DNA from: Phoronis australis | Taxonomy: Eukaryota > Animalia > Phoronida | Length of the DNA: 63,898 bases | NCBI GenBank assembly: GCA_002633005.1 | Contig: NMRA01000132.1 | Location: forward strand, 62,001 to 125,898 | Direction: 5' to 3' | Shown: positions 1-13,884 of the stretch, piece after piece | Layout of the letters: each line of letters starts with the position of its first letter | Numbering within the stretch: the first letter of the stretch is position 1 | Program-made: the position numbers and the translations under genes | The notes under the pieces: generated by a model | The model's input: the letters and a program-made list of their open reading frames with translations, nothing else | Told to the model about the DNA's origin: nothing | Database searches by the model: none

Positions 1-356
1 AGCACAGAACTGGGTTTATAACGGGTTTAAATGGTACTGATATCACATTGTCTCATTGTGTGACTGGTTCGACAGCAATCATTTCGGCGCCCGAATCTTC
101 AGTCGACACTTCAGCACAGATTCTTGTTCGAAGGTGTCGGGTGAATATACCATTATCGAACTACAAGTTCAGTGAAGCAAGTATATTGTACATCAGAAAT
201 TTGGAGTTGCACGGCGGAAGAAATAATTCGTGATATGGAAAACTGCCCTAGCCGAAAGCCAAACGATTATCATGGTCGCCGTCAACGGCTTGTCGGCCTC
301 ACGGCATGTTCGACATTGGCGCTGTAACCTCTGATGTTCTTATTTCTCTCTTTTAG

Positions 357-3098
357 CGTGACAGCTGAGGAAGCTCGTGGTAACTTATCCGCCACTACCG
401 TTAGCCCTCTCATCACCCCCATCCAAGGATTCTTCGTCGAATTGTTTCTCACGTTCTTCTTGGTTTTCACCATAAGTGGCGCTACTGACGACAGAAGAAA
501 TCCAGTAATGCCCTCTACTGCCGTCGGTATGGCTCTGATAACGAGCGTTCTGACTGGCGTGAGTGTCATATATACTTACAATGAAAGCACCTCTTTCGTC
601 TGAGATTTTTAAGAACGGTGGTGTTTGACGCTTACCACGACAATTGAGATTTATCTAAAAAAACAGCAACGAAATCTACCAAATGTATACCTACAATTTG
701 CTAGGCTGAGACGTGATTTTCTGCAATTATCCCCCACGGAGCAGTCGTGTTGGCAGCTGGCCAAATGCTCTGCTGACGAGTTTAATCGCACTCCATGAAT
801 CGCATAAACTTTTAAACGTATAAATTTAACTTATAACTAGAAGTTACTGACCTTGATTTCAGCGAATGTCTAAAAAAATCACAAAAACAGTGCATTTTCA
901 TTATTGTTTTATAGCTCAAGTCAAAGCTAATAATTTCTATCCCATCCAGCATTAGTGCCAAAATGCGTTTTTCGTCAGTAAAATGATGACGTTTAGAAAA
1001 TGCCACAAAATAGTTACTTTTTGGAAATGTGTTGTCATAAATACTAAATTGTAGTTTTCTATACAACAATTTGACCCAGAGAATCCATTTCTGTTGATTG
1101 ACTATGCTATGGGTAACTTTGAAGCAATCACAACACAAAAAGAATTGAAACTCTATTTTATTTTTAAAGTGTTAACTCTACATCAGTCAACCAGTGTATG
1201 CCTTTGGAAATCCTGACTTATTCATACATGCCAATGTTTGGTATTTACTGTACTGCACAGATTGTATAAATGTAAAACTATTCCAGATCGACTACACTGG
1301 AGCCAGTTTAAATCCAGCTCGTAGCCTTGGTCCTGCTGTCGTCATGGGGATATGGGACGACCATTGGGTAACTACTCGATCTAGATTTCATTTAGGCTTG
1401 GTGTAATTTCACGAACTCCGTGGGATAAGCGCTTTCGCTGTTAACGTAAGAGAGCTTGTAGGGAACCTTTTCTATGCCTTAGTGGTGTTTGCTGATTTTT
1501 TTCTACAGATATCACCAGCTACAAGTACCAAGATTTGACCGTGGAACCCAACCAGCTCGCCCCGGCTAGTAGCAATAATAAAAAGTTTGGTGCGAATGCT
1601 TATAAAAAGCCATCTCAGTGAACCAAAAGGCAAATCCTCCGCGGCACTATACGCTGTTTACTTTTGGACAATAGAAAGAGCAACAGCGACAGAATCATAG
1701 AAAATTTAAATTATAAACATGTAGCTGTCAAGATATATTAGCAACTAGATACCGGCAAAATCATGAAACTGGTTAGGTTGCATCGAAGACCATGATTTGT
1801 AACTTTTGTCACCGTTCATTTCGTAGTACAATGTATGCCCCGTAGAATTATCTGACAGTCTTGGCAAACTCTGGGGTCGACTTGTCCCAATACAAATTTT
1901 GGAACTCGGAGAGTTCTCGTAGCCCCTCTACAATGATACCACAAATCGAGTTCTCATTTCAGTGCAGGGTACATGAAACTGACCAACACTATTAGGTCTA
2001 TAGTTTTGGAAAAACGATCTATTAGTTGTCCACAGACCTCTGAATTCTTTATTCTCGTATAGGTATACTGGGCAGGACCTGTAGCTGGAGCAGTTATTGC
2101 CACCACGTTTTATCACTTCTTTCTTGCCTATAAACGACTCCCAGCAGATGGCGCCGAGGACTGTTACGAACTAGGCTCTGATCCCCCTGTAGGTAAGTAT
2201 AACTTAGATGTACAATTTATTTCACAAACCCGGCGAAAATTTCACGGAATTGTTTTTGTTTAATGAGAATTATTTCCACATATATGTTATGTCTTGACCG
2301 AGGAGAATTTCAGCAATTCTTTAAGTAAACCCATGTGTAAGGCGTTGAAAACACATTTGTTAGTTGGTTGATTAACTAAGCGTTAGTACATGAACTATAC
2401 TGCCGGCATTGGTCCAGTGGAATCTGGCTTGCATTTTTTAACATATTTCATGGCATTATTCCTGCCAAATTTGTCGGAACTCGGAATCTTGTCAAATTTG
2501 TGTCTCAATGAAGCTTTCCTAGTAAAAATTTGGCTAAACAAATACTGGGTTTATTTCAAGCAATGTTCGACATGGGACCAGCACTTTATTAATGATTGTC
2601 TTAAGTCGCAATTTTCTCGAGATCAAGTGTAGCACCAAATTAATTGTTCGATCGTCATGCCGACAGTGAAATTAGTGAGCAATTCCTCATCAATTTACGA
2701 CAAACTTCCAAGGAGCTTCTCTCAACTGTAAGCCTGCACGGACATTTTCAGTGCATTTTTTCTTAATCGATCTTGTTTTGGAGGTATTTTTGAAATACCA
2801 TTATCCTGAATTTCTCTCGGCCCACATAAACCAGTATTAATTCATACCTGGAAATGAAATACCGCGATTTTGGGCTCACATTATGATTTTCCCGCAGCTT
2901 TTCTATGATAGGAGAACTAAGTTCAGACCAATGCATGGTGCTGAATAATGGAGACAACCTTGACACTTGAACTTAATTGTTTTCACAGGTGAAACAAGGC
3001 GCGTGCTCAAGTCCCTCCTCGAAAGTCTACCGGCAGATGGCGCCCGCACAGTGAACAGTGGCAAAAAGAGGCATGAAAACATGTTACTTGAACATTAA
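357..3098 (+). CDS. Aquaporin (MIP family, classical AQP1/AQP4-like), 3' portion; 5' exons lie outside the window
   Basis: Four phase-compatible GT-AG exons: 357-558 (VTAEEARG...[25 protein letters not shown]...[13 protein letters not shown]), 1287-1367 (81 nt, [27 protein letters not shown], second NPA), 2063-2192 ([20 protein letters not shown]...), 2989-3098 ([11 protein letters not shown]...MLLEH*). The last exon is the least certain. Confidence 0.92.
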
Positions 3099-3614
3099 AC
3101 TTGCATTCATTTGTGAACCAGAGAATCCAGACGCCGAAAAGGAAATGGAGGAAGGGGTGGACAGAAATGTGAAATGATTGCTTGGCACGTGACAGAAACG
3201 ACGCGTTGTGTAATAATATCCATCCCATTACTTGCCTGAAGTGAGAAAAATGGGCTGGCAAAACTCCCCAACCCTCGATCGTCTCCGTACTCGCTCTGAC
3301 CTCCAGCGTGCGGGCAGCTTCGTGCAAGCCAACAATCAAATTCTTGGCTATTGAATTCCTTATTTGGAAAGACAGGGGAGTTGACTAGAAAAGGCTTTAT
3401 TGAATACATAAATATCGTCTCAGTGTTTGTTATTTTGTTATTATTTTGTAAATATTGAATTATTCTATGTATATCCTACAAGCAATATAATACGAAAACA
3501 GATTAACATTTCTACAGGAGCTACTTACGAGCACAGCAATTATAGAATATTATGATGGTGCTGCTGTTGCGGCGAACGGACATCAACATTCACATTGAAA
3601 TTGTTTAAAAGATG

Positions 3615-6600
3615 CCCAGATCACTACGTTGGGCCGACGTCGCCATTCGTTGGCTCGAGGTCGATTGGTCGCGGTCGGTTTTTTGACGTTGGTCCGACGT
3701 TGGTCGGCGGTCTACGAGATACTGCTTTTAAAAGCCTGTTTTGCACTTTCAAGTAAATTCGACGCTTGCGATATTATTTTTTTATAGTCACAGTGTATAA
3801 GTCAACCTATTTGTCCTACTTTGAGTATTGTTCAGTCTTGACGTCGGACCAACGTTGGCTCAGCGTCGGGCACGTTTGACGTTGGGCTGACGTGGGTGCG
3901 ACGCGGTGCGAGAAATCATATGTGGTGCTGAGTCCGACGTCGGGACAACGTCGTGTCGGCATTGTCAAAGTGTAGGTCCATTTAATAGAGTCAAATTGAA
4001 AAAGGAAAACTAAAAATCCGTCTGTGATTCAGAAAAATATTTACTGCCGTGCATAAGTCAGCCTATTTGTCCTTCTTTGAGTATTGTTCAGTTTTGACGT
4101 CGAACCAACGCTGGCTCAACGTCGGGCACGTTTGACGTTGTGCCGACGCGGGTGCGACGCCGGGTGCGAGAAAGAGTCACTGGTTGTGCCGAGTCCGACG
4201 TCGGTCCAACGTCGTGTCGGCGTCGTCAAAGTGTAGGTCCATTTAATAGAGTCAAATTGAAAAAGGAAAATTAAAAATCCGTCTATGATTCAGAAAAATA
4301 TATGCTGCCGTGGCAATATGTAAACATTTCATTCCAGCCGGATCGAGCCCCGGCCAACGGCCCGCCGGCCGGCGGCGGGGCCGGGCCCCGCCCGCTGCCG
4401 GTCTTTGTTCGCTCTGCGCTCGTGAGTCGTTTTCGTCACATCACATAATTGGTAGTCATTGGTTAAACACTCTCTAATTTCCAAACAGTGTCATTTTCCA
4501 CAGAATTTGCCACCGTTCAAACTGTTCTCGGCACGCGGGAGTGGCCGCTGAGGGCAGTAAGTTAACTTTTCCTCAACAGGTGTCGCTGACCAGCTAACCG
4601 GAAACTGAGTTTAAGCGCAAAACCGTTAAGCTGTTCACATTTTCAGTATCCATTTCATGCATTTACGTCAGCCAGTGAGGTAAGTAGATGTCTAGTTTAT
4701 CCTTGTAATTGCAAAACGTGCCTGTTTGTTGTGCTTAATCAACAGCTGATTTGATGATTTAAGAATTAAACTTCTGTCCTGATCTGACTGATCAGATGAA
4801 TCAATTTTCAGTGTTAGCCAGAGCAGTGCTAGTGCAGTAGTGGCCAGCAGCCAGCCAGATGGCTCTGGTCGAAAATATTCGTGATCATAGCTGTTTCATC
4901 CACGCCAAAAACATGTCTGCTACTTATTGCTTGTCTGGTTCTCAAAATCAGGGACCATTAATTTCTAAATTCAATTATTCTACTACTGCCAGTACCCAGA
5001 TTGTGTTGTGGTTATGCAGTGAGACTGTAAAGCCGAAATATCATAGCCATGGCCCATGGCATGAGAGCTTGTTTCGATATTTTAGATCATACTACTGATA
5101 TATCATGCCATGAAAATATTAATGGGAGTACTGAATACGATATTATGTAGCTCTGGACGCTTACATAGTACGCCATAAATTTGGCAAGGTTCGCTACTCG
5201 CCACTCCGTAGTAGTCTACATACGTGACAAGTGGGTTGTCAGATTGATTGTTGTGAATGACTACAGCTTGACTTTCGATCGGGATTAGAATGACCCCNTT
5301 CCAAACAGTGTCATTTTCCACAGAATTTGCCACCGTTCAAACTGTTCTCGGCACGCGGGAGTGGCCGCTGAGGGTAGTAAGTTAACTTTTCTTCAACAGG
5401 TGTCGCTGACCAGCTAACCGGAAACTGAGTTTAAGCGCAAAACCGTTAAGCCGTTCACATTTTCAGTATTCATTTCATGCATTTACGTCAGCCAGTGAGG
5501 TAAGTAGATGTCTAGTTTATCCTTGTAACTGCAAAACGTGCCTGTTTGTTGTGCTTAATCAACAGCTGATTTGATGATTTAAGAATTAAACTTCTGTCCT
5601 GATCTGACTGGTCAGATGAATCAATTTTCAGTGTTAGCCAGTGCAGTGCTAGTGCAGTAGTGGCCAGCAGCCAGCCAGATGGCTCTGGTCGAAAATATTG
5701 GTGATCATAGCTGTTTCATCCACGCCAAAAACATGTCTGCTACTTATTGCTTGTCTGGTTCTCAAAATCAGGGACCATTAATTTCTAAATTCAATTATTC
5801 TACGACTGCCAGTACCCAGATTGTGTTGTGATTATAGTGAGACTGTAAAGCCGAAATATCATAGCCATGGCCCATGGCATGAGAGCTTGTTTCGATATTT
5901 TAGATCATACTACTGATATATGCCATGAAAATATTAATGGGAGTACTGACTACGATATTATGTAGCTCTGGACGCTTACATAGTACGCCATAAATTTGGC
6001 AAGGTTCGCTACTAGCCACTCCGTAGTAGTCTACGTACGTGACAAGTGGGTTGTCAGATTGATTGTTGCGAATGACTACAGCTTGACTTTCGATCGGGAT
6101 TAGAATGACCCCGATTGAAAGGCATGTGTGTCACACACTGGTAAGATTGCAATACAAACCTCGACTGAGTTCCAGGACATCTATGACTATGTAATAGCGT
6201 ACTTATTACTTCTTTCTTTAGCCTACTTACTAATATGGTGTATACTAGAGGTGCAGTGTTCATGAAGATTGAAATATAAGCTCACATGTCACAGCTAAGT
6301 CTGGTTAGATATTGGGTCAACGGAATCTTATGGACTGTGTCGACCTGCTAGTACTCTGGGGGACTTACCTGCTTACTGTTACTGTGAGTCTGTATGAGAG
6401 TCCCCTGTTCTATTGACAGTGTAACAATTTTTGTAAGTCATTGACACTGTATAGAGATCAGGTCTTTGGTTTGAATGATACGTCAAACTTGGTCGCCGTT
6501 GGTAGTGTATTTTTGTCATGCTGTGGCAATTAGTTATTGCACAACATATTCGAAGAGAACCTCCTATGCAAAATATCTTACTGACTGACATGCTCAGTCT

Positions 6601-9600
6601 ATACGCAGAATATGGTCAAAACAGTGAGATTGGTATCAGAGAAACCGAGTCAGTCTTTTAGGACAGAAGTTGTAAAAATATATAGAACTCTGTGGAATTT
6701 ACTTGATTGAGTAAATTTAAACTTCAAAGCATGCGAACACGGAAAAGAAGAAAGTTGCAATGAAGTTGTTAGCTCACAGTCAGTGTTTTCCACAGCTGAA
6801 AGTTGAAACTCGACTGGAGTTATATAATTCATGTATGTGTTCGAAACCTCGTGTAAATACTGTGGGAAGTTATTGTAAGCATTGGAATGTGTATTGACCT
6901 GGTTCCAAAAATTCAAAATGTTGTAATTTGGTTGAGAAATTACTAATCTCTCGGTACACTGCACTTCAAACTTATTGCATAGGTTTTCAAACTTTTCGCA
7001 AGTAAGCCAAACTCATCATGACTAAATTTAAACTCTATGCAGTGACAAGTCAAAACAGTTTGTGGAGTCTCTGTTATTGTTGCTAACTTTTTCTCGTATC
7101 ATCTCTATTCAGACAACATATGGACATAACATATCCAGAATCAGAGACTAGTTTTAATAAACAACTTTATTAAAATGAAATTTAAAGGCAAATTTGATTT
7201 TCATACCACATTAAAACCACAATCCTAAACAAATTTATAAGCTTGTAATGCTTACGAGCGTGATACAGGATTTATCAATTTTGCATTCCCAGGCCAAGGA
7301 GAGCTATAGCAATTCGACTTGCTCGTGGAAGAACAATGAAAAGCTGTGCTTATGACTATTTTAACATGATATTGATTGGCAATCTTGTGTTTCAGAATGT
7401 ATGCTGATGTGTATTTCACTGATGAGGGCAGTGTAGAAGTAGTTCCCAAGTGTTGGGTTTGTGCGAAAGGAGATGATTGCAACCTGGACTGGGTCTTGAA
7501 CAATGCAGAAATTAAATATGCTACTGGTAAGTAAATTTCCTGCTCATCAATGGTTTCCTCATTGTTGTAAAATGTGAAAATGTTTCAATCTCTGTAATTT
7601 TAGCTGTGAGAAAGTTGAACAATAAACTCTCTAATGCTTAGCTTCGTCAGTTGTACTTTTTAATGACGTCATTTTTTTAGTAATTACATATAATAGGACA
7701 TTTTTGTTTAAAATTTAAAGGTGCAAGTTAGCAGAAACTGAAGATCAATTGAAATGATGGCTGAAGTGCTGAGCTGAAGTATGCTGGCGACAGAGATGGT
7801 GACAGAAGATAGGAGGCAACAAACAGGTAAACAACAATGTTATAGTTTTCAAAATCGATGAATTGGCAAATCTTTTAAACACCTAGTCTTTCTAGCATTT
7901 TGAACAAAACTGATTTTTTCAACTTTTATAGTAATATTCCTTTATATAGAGTTTAGTTTTTCATACAAGCTAAACTTAAAATTAAACGTTCTGAATATTA
8001 AACCAAATACCAAAACATATGTTTTTCATGAATTTGCTTTGTAGTGAATTTAAAACTTACTTTCATGTATTTTTGCAATTTGCAGGGAAAGCTGTGCAAG
8101 TTTTAGATTATGTCCAAGAACTTGGTAGTGACGATCAAGATACAGATTGATTCTGCAGTGCATATTAACTTGGGCCTTCTTGTATAAAGGTTTAAATGGG
8201 AGTACTTCTTTATGCCTGATTAAAAATATTTCGTATTTTATTTAACTTGCAGATGGCATCTTAATTTCGTACTGATATGTTTCAATCTGGTCAAATTTTA
8301 ATATTCTGTTAAGTCTTTTTAAAAGTTTATACTGCTTGGGCTCGAGTTTTTATGAAGACTCTGTGTTGAGAGACATCTTCTTCAACTTACATTAAGTTCT
8401 TAGACAGTTGAAAGAAATGCATTGTTACAGTTGCTAAAATTGCTTTAAATTCCAGTGCTCTATATTCCATAGCCTGATTAACATTCAGCTTTTCACTGAA
8501 ATGTTTAGGATTAATTATTTGCCAGTTCGATGTTCATTTAGGCACATAATTATATCTTAGAGTTTATTGATTTATTTCTCATGTCCTGTGTTTTTCATAG
8601 TGCCCCATGGATCCCTGTTTAAGTATCCTTGAAAATGTTTGTGTTGTATTTTACCAAATGTTTGGCATACTCGTAATTCTTGTAGTCATAATGACAGTAA
8701 GTTTGTTGATTTGCTCGTATTTCTCTATTTTATGTCCTGCAATGAAACCTTAATTACTGGAAAGCTCACTTTGGCAACTATTACGCTAATGGAACAATGA
8801 TCAATTTTATTTTTTTGTTCCAAACGTAGCTTTGAGTATTCTTTGATATGTAAACTCAGGCAGTGTAATGAGCATTATTTTTTTAGTCTAGTATTCATGC
8901 GCGCACCCAGCCAAAAATGGGGGGCTCGAATTTGATTCAGGGGTATGTTCAGAGCTATGAATTTCGCATTCTTGGAATTTTGGTTGTTCCTGCCTTTTTA
9001 GTGGTCTTTTGTTTTCTACTTTGTTCGATATTGTTGTTTCTACATGGCTGACATGTTTGCCCACCCTATGAAATGGAAGGGGGCTCGTTTGAGCCCCCGN
9101 GTGTTTTTCATAGTGCCCCATGGATCCCTGTTTAAGTATCCTTGAAAATGTTTGTGTTGTATTTTACCAAATGTTTTGCCTACTCATAATTCTTGTAGTC
9201 ATAATTTCCAAACCTAGTTTTGAGTATTCTTTGATATGTAAACTCAGGCTTTGTAATGAGCATTATTTTTTTAGTCTAGTATTCATGCGCGCACCCAGCC
9301 AAAAATGGGGGGCTCGAATTTGATTCAGGTGTTCGTTCAGAGCTATGAATTTCGCATTCTTGGAATTTTGGTTATTCCTGCCTTTTTAGTGGACTTTTGT
9401 TTTCTACTTTTTTCGATATTGTTGTTTCTACATGGCTGACATTTTTGGCCACCCTANCCCGGGTGCGCTCATAGTATTTATTAAGTCTTAAGCTTTATGG
9501 GTGAAGTGTTTGTTTCTCCTACAGTGTAAGTGTAATTGTAATGTTAGCACAGTTTTCATGAAAGTCACTATGCGAGGCTTGCCACAAATTTACATATTCA

Positions 9601-10436
9601 AGGTCAAAATGAGATATTTGCATCTTTGAAAGTTGTCTTCTGTGCAAATAGTTTATTTTTATGGTTTACTTCATCATTTACCATTTTTGGTACTCATCAT
9701 TTCTGGTATTGATATGCTTTAATAAAATGCTTAAAGAACACAGGAATGCCTTTAATGACATACTGCATGCTGTGCATATCCTGATGTACAATCGGAGCAT
9801 TGTTGTCGCCACCAGTTGGTTGGGTGGCCCTGACTGTTCTTAACATGTTCTCGGCTGTTTACCAACGTGAAACCTACTTGCGACTTTTTAACCACGTGCA
9901 TTTTCCGATTGCTCCCATAGATGACATACTGATTTAATCGTTAAATCAGTACACGAGCAAGCGGGAAAACCAGGTGGCCGAAAAGTTGAAGGTCGGTGCG
10001 ACGTTGGCAAACGGTCGACTCTAAGTTGGTGCCACGTTGGCAAACGGTCGCCTCTAAGTTGGTGCCACGTTGGCAAACAGTTGCCTCTTAGTTGGTGCAA
10101 CGTTGGCGAGCAGCCGCCTCTACGTTGGTCCGACGTCGGTAAACAATCGCTTGCAGGGTGGTGGGACGTTGATAAGTGGTCGGAATTGAATTGGCGCGAC
10201 GTCGGTAAAGGGTCGTATTTCCGCCGTCGGGCCCAGGTCGTACCGTCGTCGGTTAATAGTCGGCAGTCGGACCAACGTCGGGTCATCGGCGGCCCGACTG
10301 CGACGTTCTTACGACGTTGTTACAACGTTCATCCGATGGACAAAATCACGTTGGTCCGACGTCAGACACCAACGTTGGCCCGACGTAACGTGAGTCGTCG
10401 GACCGACGTTGGGCCACCGACAGCATGCTATCTGGG
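3615..10436. mobile_element. CACTA/EnSpm-like DNA transposon, decayed
   Basis: Termini CCCAGAT...ATCTGGG with 2-bp TSD TG (3613-3614, 10437-10438). Dense subterminal GACGTTGG/CCGACGT repeats at both ends (about 3625-4230 and 9990-10420). Coding remnant at 7397 reads MYADVYFTDEGSVEVVPKCWV, resembling N-termini of animal EnSpm accessory ORFs (from memory, unverified). Confidence 0.75.
9284..9472. mobile_element. MITE with CATGCGCGCACCC TIRs and 5-bp TSD, nested in the CACTA-like element
   Basis: CATGCGCGCACCC ... GGGTGCGCTCATA flanked by GTATT on both sides; a duplicate copy starts near 8896. Confidence 0.6.
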
Positions 10437-11409
10437 TGGTAGCAATGATGAGGAGACCAGTCCGTGTCTTAGTTGTTAGGAGGCCCAGTCTTCGTTGTTA
10501 AGTTACTTGACTTCATTTTTATGACCACGAGCCGCTAGTAGATTGGAGTCCCATCTACGGCGCTATTTGATGAATGCTGCACTTCTAGTTTTTGACGAGA
10601 TCAGAGCGTATTAGTTTCATAAAATCACTGAGTTGGTAATTTTGACGTTCACGGACTCAAATCTAAGCGAGACCCCCTCGTAAGTTAATGCTGGTATATA
10701 CCTATACTTGTACCTGCAGCGTCGGTGGCTGGTCTGGAAATGTGCGACCCCGCAGTTGTGAGAATGGGCACCATGATCGTAACAACAAAATTGTGGAAGA
10801 ATATGGAAATCCCGGACACTTCTCTTGAAGCCGGCCACCCGTGCTTCTGCCTAAGTTTGAGAAGTAGGCCTACACGATTTACATTTCCTTTTCCATGAAC
10901 AAAGATAAACAATTTTTAGCTCATATAAGCAATTATTAGAATTTCGACACTAGTGTTGAGACAACACAGGCCAGGTTGTTTAATGAATTGGGATATGCAT
11001 GAAAGGCGATCCAGGGGCGGATCCAAGATTTTAAGTTGGGGGTCAGGGCATAGTATTAGCCAGGATTTTGCACATCAGACAATCGCACCCCCAAACTGCC
11101 AAATGGAATCTGAGAGAATTTTTGGAGGAGGGAGGCATGGGCCCCTTGTCCCCTTCCCTCCAAATCCGGCACTTCCATCTAAAAATCCAATGAATGAAGC
11201 AGTTGACACGGAACTGACGTTCATGACGCCCGTTTTATCGTAGTTATGAAGTTCGGTCGTAACTAAGATAGAAGTCTGTAACTATTGTTTTAATTTTCAC
11301 ACAGCTTATAAACTTGGCTCGTGAAGATGGCCCAAGATACCCCACGGAGAGTTAACAAAGCGAAACATCGTGCTACACCATTAATTTCTATGACATCGCG
11401 GTTACTTTT

Positions 11410-11630
11410 CATGCGCGCACCCAGGGGGACTCGAATTTTTGACAGTGTGGACCTTTTACTAACAAAAAACGGGGGACTAATAAAAAACGGGGTACCACGG
11501 TCAGAGCTATGAATTGGCAGTGCATTCGCGCCTTTTTAGTGGACTTTTGTCTCGTTTTCTTGGACTGTTTGTTTCTCTGAGGAGGACCTTTTTGCCCACT
11601 TCGAGCCCATCCCCCCTGGGTGCGCGCATG
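11410..11630. mobile_element. MITE with CATGCGCGCACCCAGGGGG TIRs and 5-bp TSD
   Basis: Perfect TIR pair; CTTTT directly repeated at 11405-11409 and 11631-11635; interior similar to the copy at 9284. Confidence 0.75.
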
Positions 11631-12499
11631 CTTTTAAATTCTTAACATTACTAAAGCCATAAACACTTTTTATCGGTTTCCGTTAAGCTAGTTTTTCCGT
11701 TGAAGCAAAAGTATGCAAAAACGTAAATCATGGCTTGAACGAAAGCCTTCAGATTACAGGTTTAGAGAGGGGTTGTAATAGAGACTAAGTCGAACCGCAA
11801 AATCAATTTATTTCGTGTTACAACAGTGCAAATTATGACAAATTTTATATTTAATGTCACCGGTTATGAGTGCAATTTGGGAGACAAGACTGGAAGCGAG
11901 GTTCTAGTTGCGTTTTAAAAATAATATTTTCCAGCGTGGTTGAAATGAATGTATTTAGCGGATAATGGGGAAATTTTAAAATATGCACAACAAACACCCA
12001 CGCAAAAACACAGTGCCTGAGGTACCCGGCGTCGTCAGTGAATTAGAACAACAGAATCTTGACTGGTTAGTGTTGCAGTGCCGCGGGTATTCATAAATAC
12101 ATATTGTACGCGCACACACGGCATACCACACATGCACGCGCACACACGGCATACCACACACAGGCGGCACGCTCGCGCTCCCGCGCCCATGCATAAAGAG
12201 AAATATTGAAAGTGTAGTGAAAAAATATGTTTTGTTCTATTCTATTATTTTGCTGCTGATGCGAATTACTGCGATGAATTTTTAAATTTATGCCTGCATT
12301 TCACCCCTGCATGTTTCATAGCTGCCAAAGTTGAATTCTTAACGGAACATTTTTGAAGTTTAAAAACATTGACACGAGTGCACCATGCATGGATGGCCAC
12401 TTGAATATGGTTATGGACATGAACAATACATTCATTATAAGTAGTCTCCTGCACAGACCCTCGAGGTTGACGTCAGCTTGTGAGGCCACTGGGAACCAG

Positions 12500-13401
12500 G
12501 GCCCGGTCTCCAATCTCCGTACTCAGACTCATACTCATACTCGAGATTTCATACTCAAAATCGTGCTCACTGGAGTCGTACTCAAAAAAGCGTATCTAAT
12601 GTCGGATTTCGAGTAGACTCCAAACGTACTCAAATCTGACACTCATACTCGAGTTGCTATGGAACTCTTTATGATGTGAAATGCAAAATCACGCAAAGCC
12701 GCGCTGATTCATCGCTTCCTATAGGAATAGACCACCTCAAGAACTAGGCCTACATTATCGTCTGCTGTCGCTACAACTACAAGAGTATGCCTATAACGTG
12801 GAATTTTGAGTGTTCTGTAACTGTTATTNNNNNNNNNNNNNNNNNNNNNNNNNNNNNNNNNNNNNNNNNNNNNNNNNNNNNNNNNNNNNNNNNNNNNNNN
12901 NNNNNNNNNNNNNNNNNNNNNNNNNNNNNNNNNNNNNNNNNNNNNNNNNNNNNNNNNNNNNNNNNNNNNNNNNNNNNNNNNNNNNNNNNNNNNNNNNNNN
13001 NNNNNNNNNNNNNNNNNNNNNNNNNNNNNNNNNNNNNNNNNNNNNNNNNNNNNNNNNNNNNNNNNNNNNNNNNNNNNATTTGCTGTGTTTCTTGGTTCCC
13101 TTTCGATATTTTGTTCTCTGGCTCGTATTTATTTTCGAGTACGATTTCAAGCACACTGCCATACCAAACTTGAAATTTAGAGCATATACTCGGAATTTTT
13201 ACTCAAAATCGTACTCGAAATATGGATGAAATACACTTCGCTTCGAGTATACTCGAAAATTGAGTACGTGCTCGAAATTTCGAGTACAGATTTTTCGAGT
13301 ATGACATTGAATACACCAAAGCTGAGTCTGTACTCGAGTTGAGTATGAAGTGTGAGTTTGAGCATGATTCGAGTCTGAGTACGGAGATTGGAGACCGGGC
13401 C
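12500..13401. mobile_element. Non-autonomous PIF/Harbinger-like element (contains an assembly gap)
   Basis: About 31-bp TIR GGCCCGGTCTCCAATCTCCGTACTCAGACTC with its exact reverse complement at the right end; 3-bp TSD CAG (12497-12499, 13402-13404); internal TACTC/GAGTA subterminal repeats. Confidence 0.8.
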
Positions 13402-13884
13402 CAGGTTACATTACTGATAAGAAGCCAGCCTTACATGTAGGCAGAGACCGTAGTCTTTGATGTAGGTGGCACTGAATAGTTAGGCTGCGGCCGCGGCCAA
13501 TTTGCACTACCAAAATATTAAAAGTTTGGGGTAGGCCAAGTTTGGGGGCATTTTATAGGTGAACATTGCATGTAAGCTCAGTGAATGTGGTTTGTTTGCA
13601 TTTGTACACGTGGTGAGAATAAAAAAGGCCTCTTTCTCGGCTGTAGCTGCACTCTTTTTCAAGATGGCGGCCCCCGGTTGCGATTGTGCATTGCTGCCGG
13701 GTAGCGACTGAGAAATTGGCCGCGATTTCAGGTAGCCCTCAAACAAGCCAGATTTGCAAAAAAACTAATTGGTTGACAGTACTTTTGGACCACATTTTCT
13801 GAATCTGTAGGAAATTTTCTTTCAGAATCTATTGTTGGTTTTAGTCGTGCATCGGCATGGAAGTGGTGATTTTAGGGTCAGAAG

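Noticed and set aside
4481-6112. Direct repeat of about 820 bp that could be read as LTRs or a tandem duplication
   Set aside because: The copies are joined by a single N (5298) and differ by few changes; most likely overlapping contigs or alleles.
9888-10479. Two 132-aa ORFs with repetitive peptides, and a CRISPR-like look
   Set aside because: They are translations of the subterminal repeats of the CACTA-like element; no unique spacers and the context is eukaryotic.
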